64,000 nucleotides of DNA, taken from contig NC_086097.1 of NCBI RefSeq assembly GCF_963921235.1, forward strand, positions 207,640,001-207,704,000, written 5' to 3'. Positions 48,400 to 58,893 of the stretch are shown in pieces (positions within the stretch are counted from its first letter, which is position 1; every line of letters starts with the position of its first letter). A model generated the notes under the pieces. It did no database searches and was not told the origin of the DNA. It was given only the letters and a program-made list of their open reading frames with translations. This DNA comes from Mobula hypostoma. Taxonomy: Eukaryota. Made by a program: the position numbers and the translations under genes.

Positions 48400-50570
48400 G
48401 TAATGTATATATTACTAGTTAGGGAAAATATCATGGCAGTCTTCAGTCAGGACGGACTGGAGAAGTCATCTAGTGAGGCTTGTTGAACTGAGGAATAAGA
48501 AGGGTATGAACACATGAGTAGGGCTACATTATAGACCATCCAGCAGTCCTCAGGATTTAGAGAAACAAATCAGCAGATGGACTGCAGACTGCTGTAAGAA
48601 GCATAAGGTTGTTGTAGTAGGTGTTTTTAACTTTCAAATATTGACAGGGCCTCCCATCTAGTAAAGGGACAAGATGGGATAGAGTTTGTCAAATGTTTCC
48701 TTAATCATAGAGTGCGTGAGATACTTGATCTCCTATTGGGGAATCAGACAGGCCAGGTATTTCAAGAGATATTAAGGCCCTGTTAAAAAAGGGAAAAAGG
48801 AGGTTCATAAGCAAGTAGGAACAAATGACGTACAAATGGACTATAAGAAATACAAGAAAACACTTAACAAAGAAATCAGGAGGGCCAAAAGAAGGCATGA
48901 GGTTGCCTGAGCAGACAAGGTGAAGGAGAATCCTAAGGGATTCTACAGATGTGTTAAGAGTAAAAGGATTGCAAGGGACAAAGTGGGTCTTCTGGAAGAT
49001 CAGAATGGTAATCAATTCATGGAGCCAAAAGAGAGGGGGAGAACTTAAATGGATTTTTTGCATTTGTATTTATTCGGGAGATGGACACAGAGTCTATAGA
49101 AGTGAGGCAAGGCAGCATCGAGGTTAAGAACACTATACAGATTACAGAGGAGGGGGTGTTTACTGTCTTGAGGCAAATTAGTATGGATAATTCCCCGGGG
49201 CCTGATCAGGTGATCCCTTGAACTCTGTGGGAGGCAAGTGCAGAAATTACGGGGGCCCTGGCAGAGACATTTAAATCATCCTTAGCGACAGGTAGGGTAC
49301 CAGAGGATTGAAGGACAGCTAATATTTTTACGTTACTATAAGCCAGGGAGCCTGACATCAGTAGTGGGAAAGTTATTGTCAAGTATTCTAAGGGACTGGA
49401 TATTTAAGTATTTGCATAAACATGGACTGATTAGAGATAGCCAGCCTTTCTTTGTGTAGGGTAGTGTAACGCCCTGGGAAATGTTTCATTGCTAATGTAA
49501 TGGTTTTTCTGTAGCCGACGGAACCCCAGGGTTACAGTAGTTTGTGTCTAACCAATCTTACAGAGTTTTCTGAGGAAGTTACCAGGAATGTTGATGAAGG
49601 AAAGGCAAAGTATGTTTTCTACCTGGACCTTAGCAATGCTTTTGCTAAAGTCCCGCATGGGAGGTTGGTCAGGAAGGTTCAGTTGCTCAGCATTCAATAT
49701 GTGGTTGTAAATTGGATTAGACATCGGCTTTGAGGAAGAAACTAAAGAATAGTGGTCCAGCCTTTCTGACTAGAAGCCTGTGACTAGTGCTGTGCCACAG
49801 CGGTGCATGCTGGGTTCATTGTTTATCATCTATATCAATGACCTGGATGATAATATGGATAACTGGATCAACAAATTTGCCGATGACACCAAGATTGGGG
49901 CCAAGAATGAAGAAGACTATCAGACCTGGCAGTGGGATCTGGGCCAGCTGGAAAAATGGGCTGAAAAATGGCAGATGGAACTTAATGCAGCCAAATGCAA
50001 GGTGTTGCACTTTGATAGGACCAGCCAGGGTAAGTCTGACACAGTGAATGTTAAGACACAGAGGAGTGCAGTAGAACAAAGGGATCTGGGGATATAGGTC
50101 CATTATTCATTGAAAGTGGTGACACAGATAATTAGAGTCATAAAGAAAACTTTTGGCATATTGGCCTTCATAGATCAAAGTATTGAGTGCAGGAGTTGGG
50201 ATGTTATGTTGAAGTTGTATAAAATGTTGGGGAGAACTAATTTGGAGCATTGTGTGCAGTTTTGATCACCTAACAACTGGAAATGCGTAAAAAAGGTTGA
50301 AAGAGTGCAAAGAATTTACAAAGCTGTTGCTGGGACTGGATGACCTAAGTTATAAGGAAAGATTGAATAAGTTTGGTCTTTATTCCTTGGAATGTAGAAG
50401 ATTGAGGGGAGATTTGATAGTGGTATGAGGTGTATAGGTAGGGTAAATGTTAGCAGGATATTTTTACTGAGGATGGGTGGGACTACAACTAGAGGTCATG
50501 GGTGAAAGGTGAAAAGTTTAAGGGGGTCATGAGGGGAAACTTCTTCACTCAGAGGGTTGTGAGAGTATGC
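48400..50570 (+). mobile_element. Decayed CR1 LINE (APE remnant + RT + part of 3' end)
   Basis: CLTNL.EF.EEVT, YLDLS.AF.KVPH, KFADDTK, WAEKWQME.N..KCKVLHF. Confidence 0.92.
49465..49536. mobile_element. 72-bp TG..CA mini-element with terminal inverted repeats and a 4-bp TSD
   Basis: GTAG | TGTAACGCCCTGGG...CCCAGGGTTACA | GTAG, inside a CR1. Confidence 0.85.
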
Positions 50571-51003
50571 ATTCAGCAGGTCTTGAAAATACTATTATGG
50601 TAAATGCTTTAATTGCTGAGAATAGATATGGAAAATTAGGTATGCAATGCAATCTTAAAGCAAACATATGTCATATACTGGAAATCTGAAGTAAACTTTT
50701 ATACTTTGTTGTAGAGGAGAGCTTTACAATTACGTTGGACAATGCAAAGGCTCAAAATTTAATGAGAGTAAAGGCTAGGATGTTTTCTAATTGCTGCTTC
50801 CCTTTCATTGCAGTGTCTTCGCCAGAGGAATTAGGAAAAACTAAATATTGCATGTACATGGCTCTGTTTTTACATTGTTAGTGAAATTAATGAACCAGAA
50901 CTGTTCTAATAGAATTCCCACTTCTAACATTTCCTCGAATGTTATCTTTTCGTTCATTTACTCAAGATATTAGTCACTTTTTGGGATTAGTTTATACACG
51001 TTT

Positions 51004-51868
51004 TGTTACGTACCCTGTAACTGGGTTGCCAAGCCAGCAGAAATGGATCACTCAATTGGAGTCTGGATTACTAGAACTAAGAAAGTTTTATTAAAGAAAC
51101 AAGCAACGCAGTAATCGAAAGGATAATAAATGCAACAGTTCAGCAATGATAAACACACATGTGCACAGAATTAAGATAACAGGATCAATCAAGCTCTATC
51201 GTTGTCTAGGGGTAAATGACCAATTTCAAAATGATGCAAAGTTCAGTCCAATTTAGTTCAGTTCGCAGTAATCGTTGCCGTGGCGATGGACAATGTGGGG
51301 GGAAGGAGAGAGAGAACAAGAACGAATGATCATTCAAAACGGCTTCCACACACAGACCTGCGATATTGCTCACAAGCAGCTTTCGGGTGAGTCCTTTGTG
51401 ATGTCACCTGAGGTCACCGACTGTGACCCCTCCTCCAGATGCGGTCGATCCTCTGCAGTGAACCTGGCACCCAAGCAAAGGTGGACACACACCGGGTTCC
51501 CGCTGATCGTACCTTTCCACCCTGTACGTCTATGGCTTGGTTCCGCAACCAGCCTTCCAAACGACTCCCGCCAACTTGCGGGGGGGGCACCGCTTCCAGG
51601 GTCTCGTTACCTCGTGGTGTCGTGTGTGTTTTGCCTTAGCGAACCTGTCCCTTTTTATCCCCCTGCTGGGGTATTGCCTGTCCATCACTTCAAACAGTTC
51701 AGGGTTCAAAGGGGGAGCCGCTCTAGACAGCTCTCTCTCCCGTCCCTTCATTACACATCTCCAAATGCTGCTCCATTGTCTTCCTTATCTCTCTCTCTCC
51801 CGAAGATAGGTGGCAGACCAACTGCTGATCACACAGGACAGCTAACATCTATGTGTATTCTTGTCACA
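51004..51868 (-). mobile_element. Solo LTR (Gypsy- or ERV-like), 865 bp
   Basis: TGTTAC...GTCACA termini; TSD GTTT at 51000-51003 and 51869-51872; minus-strand GATAAAAAG (about 51651-51659) and AATAAA (51087-51092); CpG-rich. Confidence 0.85.
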
Positions 51869-53010
51869 GTTTAAGAAAAAGAGTTCAAAGCTGACCTTTC
51901 TCATGCTAGCACCCCAAGTAAACTCAGAATCAGAATCAGGTTTATTATCAGCAGCACGTCATGAAATTTGTTGATTTAGCAGCGGCAGTTCAATGCAATA
52001 CATAACATAGAAGCACTGGTCTGAGTACAGAGGGTCTGGAGTTCTTTGAGTTTGTGGGTATTGTGCCTTATGATCAGAGTGAGGATCAACCTGAAAAAAA
52101 AGCTCCTTGTATAAAATTTGTATTTAAACGAGAAATGAGGGTTTTTTTTTCTGGTTCTAACATAGTTTGTGTGGAAATAGAGAACTAAATTAAATGAATG
52201 TAGCTTGATTAGAACAGTCACATAGAGGAAGATCATTGCAGGCTGCTCCTTCATCTCATTTTCCTTTATTTTCCAGCAGCATATCCTCCTGGAAGTGATC
52301 TATTTATTCTCTCAATCCTGCTGTACCCTTGTATAGACCACCACACCAATTGTCATGTATTTTGTTAAAAATCATTTTTCCTGCAATAAAACTGTCATTT
52401 GGAAATATCAGTCCTTTCTATGTTCACTTTTTTCTCTTGTCTGTTCTGTCCCAAATTTGCATATCTCAATTCTCATATCTTGTTAGTGTATGCTGGTCCA
52501 TTTGTTCTGTCCCTGGTAATCTGTATCAAACATAACAGCACGGTCTTAATTAGTTCCTTGACATTCATGGTCTGCAACCTTTAGATATTGTCCTTATTCA
52601 GCATATTCTTTGCAATAAGCATCATTTAATTGATTTAAATGATCAGCTACACATTTTGCCATGTTAATCCCTTAAATAATTGTTGTAGTTGCTTTAACAA
52701 TCTTGATACAATGATGATGGTAAAACAAGGAACACATCAGAAACACTTAGTACTCAGAAACATTTCATATGAGAGAACAGAAAATTCTATCAACACTCAG
52801 CAGGTCAGGCAGCATTTGTGGGAAGAGAAATACCTAATGTTTCAGATCTACTACCCTTCTTTAATTCTGACTAAGTGTTCCAGACTAAAACAATTACTTT
52901 TTTTCTCTTCGCAAACAACAGGAATTCTGCAGATGCTGGAAATTCAAGCAACATACATCAAAGTTGCTGGTGAACGCAGCAGGCCAAGCAGCATCTATAG
53001 GAAGAGGCGC

Positions 53011-53046
53011 AGTCGACGTTTCAGGCCGAGACCCTTCGTCAGGACT
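53011..53046 (-). ncRNA. Minimal type I hammerhead ribozyme
   Basis: AGUC CUGACGA AGG-gucucgg-CCU GAAA CG UC^ GACU. Confidence 0.85.
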
Positions 53047-53339
53047 AACTGAAGGAAGAGTGAGTAAGGGATTTGAAAGTTGGAGGGGGGAGGGGGAGAT
53101 GCAAAATGATAGGAGAAGACAGGAGAGGGAGGGATAGAGCCGAGAGCTGGACAGGTGATAGGCAAAAGGGGATACGAGAGGATCATGGGACAGGAGGCCT
53201 AGGGAGAAAGACGGGGGGGGGTGACCCAGAGGATGGGCAAGAGGTATATTCAGAGGGACAGAGGGAGAAAAAGGAGAGTGAGAGAAAGAATGTGTGCATA
53301 AAAATGAGTAACAGCTGGGGTACGAGGGGGAGGTGGGGC

Positions 53340-55096
53340 CTAGCGGAAGTTAGAGAAGTCAATGTTCATGCCATCAGGTTGGAGGCTATCCAGACGGAAT
53401 ATAAGGTGTTGTTCCTCCAACCTGAGTGTGGCTTCATCTTTACAATAGAGGAGGCCGTGGATAGACATGTCAGAATGGGAATGGGATGTGGAATTAAAAT
53501 GTGTGGCCACTGGGAGATCCTGCTTTCTCTGGCGGACAGAGCGTAGATGTTCAGCAAAGCGGTCTCCCAGTCTGCGTCGGGTCTCACCAATATATAAAAG
53601 GCCACATCGGGAGCACCGGACGCAGTATATCACCCCAGTCGACTCACAGGTGAAGTGATGCCTCACCTGGAAGGACTGTTTGGGGCCCTGAATGGTGGTA
53701 AGGGAGGAAGTGTAAGGGCATGTGTAGCACTTGTTCCGCTTACACGGATAAGTGCCGGGAGGGAGATCAGTGGGGAGGGATGGGGGGGATGAATGGACAA
53801 GGGAGTTGTGTAGGGAGCGATCCCTGTGGAATGCAGAGAGAGGGGGGGAGGGAAAGATGTGCTTAGTGGTGGGATCCCGTTGGAGGTGGCGGAAGTTACG
53901 GAGAATAATATGTTGGACCCGGAGGCTGGTGGGGTGGTAGGTGAGGACCAGGGGAACCCTATTCCTAGTGGGGTGGTGGGAGGATGGAGTGAGAGCAGAT
54001 GTACGTGAAATGGAGGAGATGCGTTTAAGAGCAGAGTTGATAGTGGAGGAAGGGAAGCCCCTTTCTTTAAAAAATGAAGACATCTCCCTCGTCCTAGAAT
54101 GAAAAGCCTCATCCTGAGAGCAGATGCGGCGGAGACGGAGGAATTGCGAGAAGGGGATGGCGTTTTTGCAAGAGACAGGGTGAGAAGAGGAATAGTCCAG
54201 ATAGCTGTGAGAGTCAGTAGGCTTATAGTAGATATCAGTGGATAAGCTGTCTCCAGAGACAGAGACAGACAGATCTAGAAAGGGGAGGGAGGTGTCGGAA
54301 ATAGACCAGGTAAACTTGAGGGCAGGGTGAAAGTTGGAGGCAAAGTTAATAAAGTCAACGAGTTCTGCATGCGTGCAGGAAGCAGCGCCAATGCAGTCGT
54401 CGATATAGCGAGGAAAAGTGGGGGACAGATACCAGAATAGGCACAGAACATAGATTGTTCCACAAACCCAACAAAAAGGCAGGCATAGCTAGGACCCATA
54501 CGGGTGCCCATAGCTACACCTTTAGTTTGGAGGAAATGGGAGGAGCAAAAGGAGAAATTATTAAGAGTAAGGACTAATTCCGCTAGACGGAGCAGAGTGG
54601 TGGTAGAGGGGAACTGATTAGGTCTGGAATCCAAAAAGAAGCGTAGAGCTTTGAGACCTTCCTGATGGGGGATGGAAGTATATAAGGACTAGACATCCAT
54701 GGTGAAAATAAAGCGGTGGGGGCCAGGGAACTTAAAATCATCGAAAAGTTTAAGAGCGTGAGAAGTGTCACGAACATAGGTCGGAAGGGATTGAACAAGG
54801 GGTGATAAAACAGTGTCGAGGTATGCAGAAACGAGTTCGGTGGGGCAGGAGCAAGCTGAGACAATAGGTCGGCCAGGACAGGCAGGTTTGTGGATCTTGG
54901 GTAGGAGGTAGAAACGGGAAGTGCGGGGTGTGGGAACTATAAGGTTGGTAGCAGTGGATGAGAGATCCCCTGAGCGGATAAAGTCGTTGATAGTGTGGGA
55001 GACAATGGCCTGGTGCTCCTTAGTGGGGTCACGATCGAGGGGTAAATAAGAGGAGGTATCCGCGAGTTGTCGCTGTGCCTCGGCAAGGTAGAGGTC
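53340..55096 (-). pseudogene. Penelope-like RT + GIY-YIG endonuclease polyprotein, 5'-truncated, with at least one stop and one frameshift
   Basis: FYLLPKIHK, GRPIVS, DV*SLYTSIP (TAG 54689-54691), GVAMGTRMGP, frameshift just before RYIDD (about 54410), CKRNKCYTC linker, VIYCVRCSRC..LYIGET..RL..RF.EH, LEEQ, GMN. Confidence 0.95.
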
Positions 55097-55708
55097 CTGG
55101 TCCTCACCTACCACCCCACCAGCCTCCGGGTCCAACATATTATTCTCCGTAACTTCCGCCACCTCCAACGGGATCCCACCACTAAGCACATCTTTCCCTC
55201 CCCCCCTCTCTCTGCATTCCGCAGGGATCGCTCCCTACACAACTCCCTTGTCCATTCGTCCCCCCCATCCCTCCCCACTGATCTCCCTCCCGGCACTTAT
55301 CCGTGTAAGCGGAACAAGTGCTACACATGCCCTTACACTTCCTCCCTTACCACCATTCAGGGCCCCAAACAGTCCTTCCAGGTGAGGCATCACTTCACCT
55401 GTGAGTCGACTGGGGTGATATACTGCGTCCGGTGCTCCCGATGTGGCCTTTTATATATTGGTGAGACCCGACGCAGACTGGGAGACCGCTTTGCTGAACA
55501 TCTACGCTCTGTCCGCCAGAGAAAGCAGGATCTCCCAGTGGCCACACATTTTAATTCCACATCCCATTCCCATTCTGACATGTCTATCCACGGCCTCCTC
55601 TACTGTAAAGATGAAGCCACACTCAGGTTGGAGGAACAACACCTTATATTCCGTCTGGGTAGCCTCCAACCTGATGGCATGAACATTGACTTCTCTAACT
55701 TCCGCTAG
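55096..55708 (+). pseudogene. Duplicated linker + GIY-YIG endonuclease domain in the inverted arm (open frame, no native start)
   Basis: ORF 55067-55708 matches the C-terminal part of ORF 53340-54083 apart from two residues seen. Confidence 0.92.
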
Positions 55709-56001
55709 GCCCCACCTCCCCCTCGTACCCCAGCTGTTACTCATTTTTATGCACACATTCTTTCTCTCACTCTCCTTTTTCTCCCTCTGTCCCTCTGAAT
55801 ATACCTCTTGCCCATCCTCTGGGTCACCCCCCCCCCGTCTTTCTCCCTAGGCCTCCTGTCCCATGATCCTCTCGTATCCCCTTTTGCCTATCACCTGTCC
55901 AGCTCTCGGCTCTATCCCTCCCCCTCCTGTCTTCTCCTATCATTTTGCATCTCCCCCTCCCCCTCCAGCTTTCAAATCCCTTACTCACTCTTCCTTCAGT
56001 T

Positions 56002-56037
56002 AGTCCTGACGAAGGGTCTCGGCCTGAAACGTCGACT
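56002..56037 (+). ncRNA. Minimal type I hammerhead ribozyme
   Basis: AGUC CUGACGA AGG-gucucgg-CCU GAAA CG UC^ GACU; predicted cut after 56033. Confidence 0.85.
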
Positions 56038-56334
56038 GCGCCTCTTCCTATAGATGCTGCTTGGCCTGCTGCGTTCACCAGCAACTTTGATGTATGTTAC
56101 TTTTTTTCTCTTTATAGAGATAGTGCATGATTTGCTTAATGTTTCTAGGTTTTTCTGTTTTTATTTCAGGTTTCCAGCATCTGCAGTTTAAAATTTATTT
56201 TTTATTTGCTTGAAACATTTACCCCTTAAAGAGAAAAAGAAGAGTAGGGAGTGGAAGGAGAGGGCAGAGTGTGATCTTTGAGCATTATTATTCAACACTA
56301 GATATCTCCTCAGGGGGAGAACATTGTCGCACTA

Positions 56335-57488
56335 ATGCCCCAAGTACAGATGATGCAACAGCCACAGCTCTACACACTGTCCTTACACACCTGGAGAGGG
56401 GTGATACTTATGTGAGAATGTTGTTCTTGGACTACAGTTCAACATTCAAACCATAATTCCTTCCAGGCTTGACAAGAAGCTCAGAGACCTCAGCCTTCAC
56501 CCTGCCTTGTGCAGCTGGATTCCTAAGTTTCCTGTCAGGTTGCTGGTAGGTGGTAAGAGTGGGCTCTCTCTGACCCTCAACACAACAGCCCCCCAGGGCT
56601 ATTTCCTTTACTCTCTGTATACCCATGACTGTGTCGTCAGCCACAGCTCCAACATGCTAATTAAATTGATTGGCCTTATCTACATTGATTGGCCTTATCT
56701 CAAATAATAATGGGACAACATACAGAAGTCACCACCCTGACACAGTGGTATCAAGAAAACAACCTCTCTCTCAATGGCGCAAAAACAAAGTTGCTGGTTG
56801 TGGACTACAGGAGGAATGGAGACAGGCTCACCGATGAATCTGGGGTTGAGAGGGTGAACAGCTTCAAGTTCCTCAGTATACACATCACTAAGAACCTCAC
56901 TTGGTTTGTACACTCCAGCTGTGTGGTGAAGAAAGCACAACAGTGTGGTGAAAAAAGACGGTTGAAGAAGTTCGGCATGAGTCCCCAAATCCTAAGGACT
57001 TATTACAGGGGCACAATTGAGAGCATCCTGACTGGCTGCATCACTGCCTGGTATGGGAACTGTACTTCCCTCAATCGCAGGAGTCTGCAGAGAGTGGTGC
57101 AGACAGCCCAGTGCATCTGTGGATGTGAACTTCCCCCTATTCAGGACATTTACTAAGACAGGTGCCTAATAAATGGCCTGAAGTCACCCCAACCACAAAC
57201 TGTTTTCAGTTGCTACCATCTGGGAAATGGTACTGCAGCATTAAAACCAGGACCAATAGGCTCTGGGACAGCTTCTTCCACCAGGCCATCAGACAGATTA
57301 ATACACACTTACAAAGACATTTTAAGCTATATTGACTGTTCTGTTGTATATCTTACTGTACATACTATTTACTGTATTACAAATTGCTCAGTTGCACATT
57401 GCACATTCAGACAGAAACATAACATAAGGATTTTTACTCCTCGTGTGTGAAGGATGTATGAAATAAAGTCAATTCAATTCAATTCAAT
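56335..57488 (+). mobile_element. Rex1/Babar-like LINE, 5'-truncated
   Basis: STDDA...[42 protein letters not shown] + (TCAAT)n tail. Confidence 0.92.
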
Positions 57489-58169
57489 ACTTCTGGTTAT
57501 ATTTTATTCAAAAGTGATAGACAGTCAGAAAATAAAGGCAACTAATTGTTCTCGCATTAATATCAGAGTTTATATGTCATACCAAAATTATTCATAACTC
57601 AAATTACATAGAAGAAGGAAGGTATAAAAGGACAATTCTGCAACTTTCTTGCTAATTTGCAGTTATCAGTTATATACCAAAACACAGATATTGAAGATTT
57701 TTATTTTGTAAGTTATGTAGCTGTTGTGTATTTATTATTTTAGCTATATTTGAGTAACCTTGCATATATGTGTGATTAAACAATCTTATTCATTTAAATA
57801 ATTAATTACATGTTAATGCAAAAGTACATTAATTGCATACATCATCACAAGACCATGTGATACATGTCTACCTCGCTTTAAGAAAACCCAAAGTTTAATG
57901 TTTTAAAGTTACAAAACCTAGCAGTAGCAGTTAGTTTAAAACAAACCAAAACCGCTCAGAGGCTAAGCACAGGAGGTGTACACTGTATGACATACTCTCC
58001 ATCAAGTAATGAAGTTCTAACATCAAGAAAAGTACATTAAGAAACCAGTAAAACGACCTGTCTTGTAACGATAAAACATCTGCTTTAAGATGGCAGTACT
58101 GAAATTGTGCGTCAACTTACTGGTAGTTCAGGTGGCATGAAATATGACTAAAAACTTTACTAATAACAT

Positions 58170-58893
58170 GTTTACTGAAGCAAATTGTGGTAAACTATCA
58201 CCTGAAACAACGAAGGAGCAAACAAAACTAATTCGAAGGGTGGATCGTGCGGCTGCATCTCAAAGCCGAGGGGCAACGTGTTCAAGACGGGGTCGTGGAC
58301 AGAGCTCATATTACTGTCGCTGTTCGAGTAAACACTTTGGAGAGGAATCGATGCGGAAGAGTTTTGATGCCCGTCCACCTAACCCGGGTGCGAAGTTAGA
58401 TTGCTTCAAGTGCCGAGCCGATTTGGTGAGACCAAGAACGGCTTCAGCTGTGCAGCCCAGATGTGTCGCTACGCCAGTATCCAGGTCCAAGAACAAGGCA
58501 CTTCCCAGTGCCTGGGCAATTTAAACACCAGCCCAGATGGACTGGAAAGCCCAAGTGTCAGGCTGATTTCGCTTGTTCTCCCACAATGTTCATCCCTTTC
58601 TCAGGTGGCTGTCATCTCTGTGAGTTTCGCAGTGTTTTTGCCCCACTAATATGATGAACTGAGATGGTTAATATGAGCAGGCTTGGGCCTACTCCAGCTT
58701 CTCCAGGGAGCGGATCAAAGGACTCAATCTGGTTCAGAATTCTGTTATTTGCTTCTATTATTTGCATAATGTGTTTTTTTCTTCTTTTATGGTTTTTTTT
58801 TGTAAATTGGACTCTTTGGGTTTCTTGCCACGTGGCTGCCTGTAAGCAAACACATCTCAAGGTGTATAATTCATACTTTCTTTGATACTTGAA
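58170..58893 (+). mobile_element. Non-coding interspersed repeat, CpG-rich, TTGAAC-type tail
   Basis: 3' part (GGCTGCCTGTAAGCA..ATCTCAAGG..TACTTGAAC) resembles 40900-40985 and the reverse complement of the 19035 tail; no coding motifs. Confidence 0.45.

Larger units (their letters stand above)
52910..56098. mobile_element. Young Penelope-like retroelement with an inverted pseudo-LTR (arms 52950-53952 and 55096-56098)
   Basis: About 1 kb inverted repeat, roughly 99% identical by eye; direct repeat TTACTTTTTTTCTCTT at 52894-52909 and 56097-56112. Confidence 0.96.

Noticed and set aside
51275..51874. 199-aa ORF
   Set aside because: Lies inside the solo LTR and has no recognisable motifs.
55067..55708. 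Stand-alone GIY-YIG nuclease gene or homing system
   Set aside because: It is the duplicated arm of the Penelope element; its start codon comes from antisense RT sequence across the inversion junction.
57722..58168. Possible LTR fragments (TGTTGTG...TAATAACA)
   Set aside because: TG..CA ends are present but there is no matching TSD and boundaries cannot be supported by eye.
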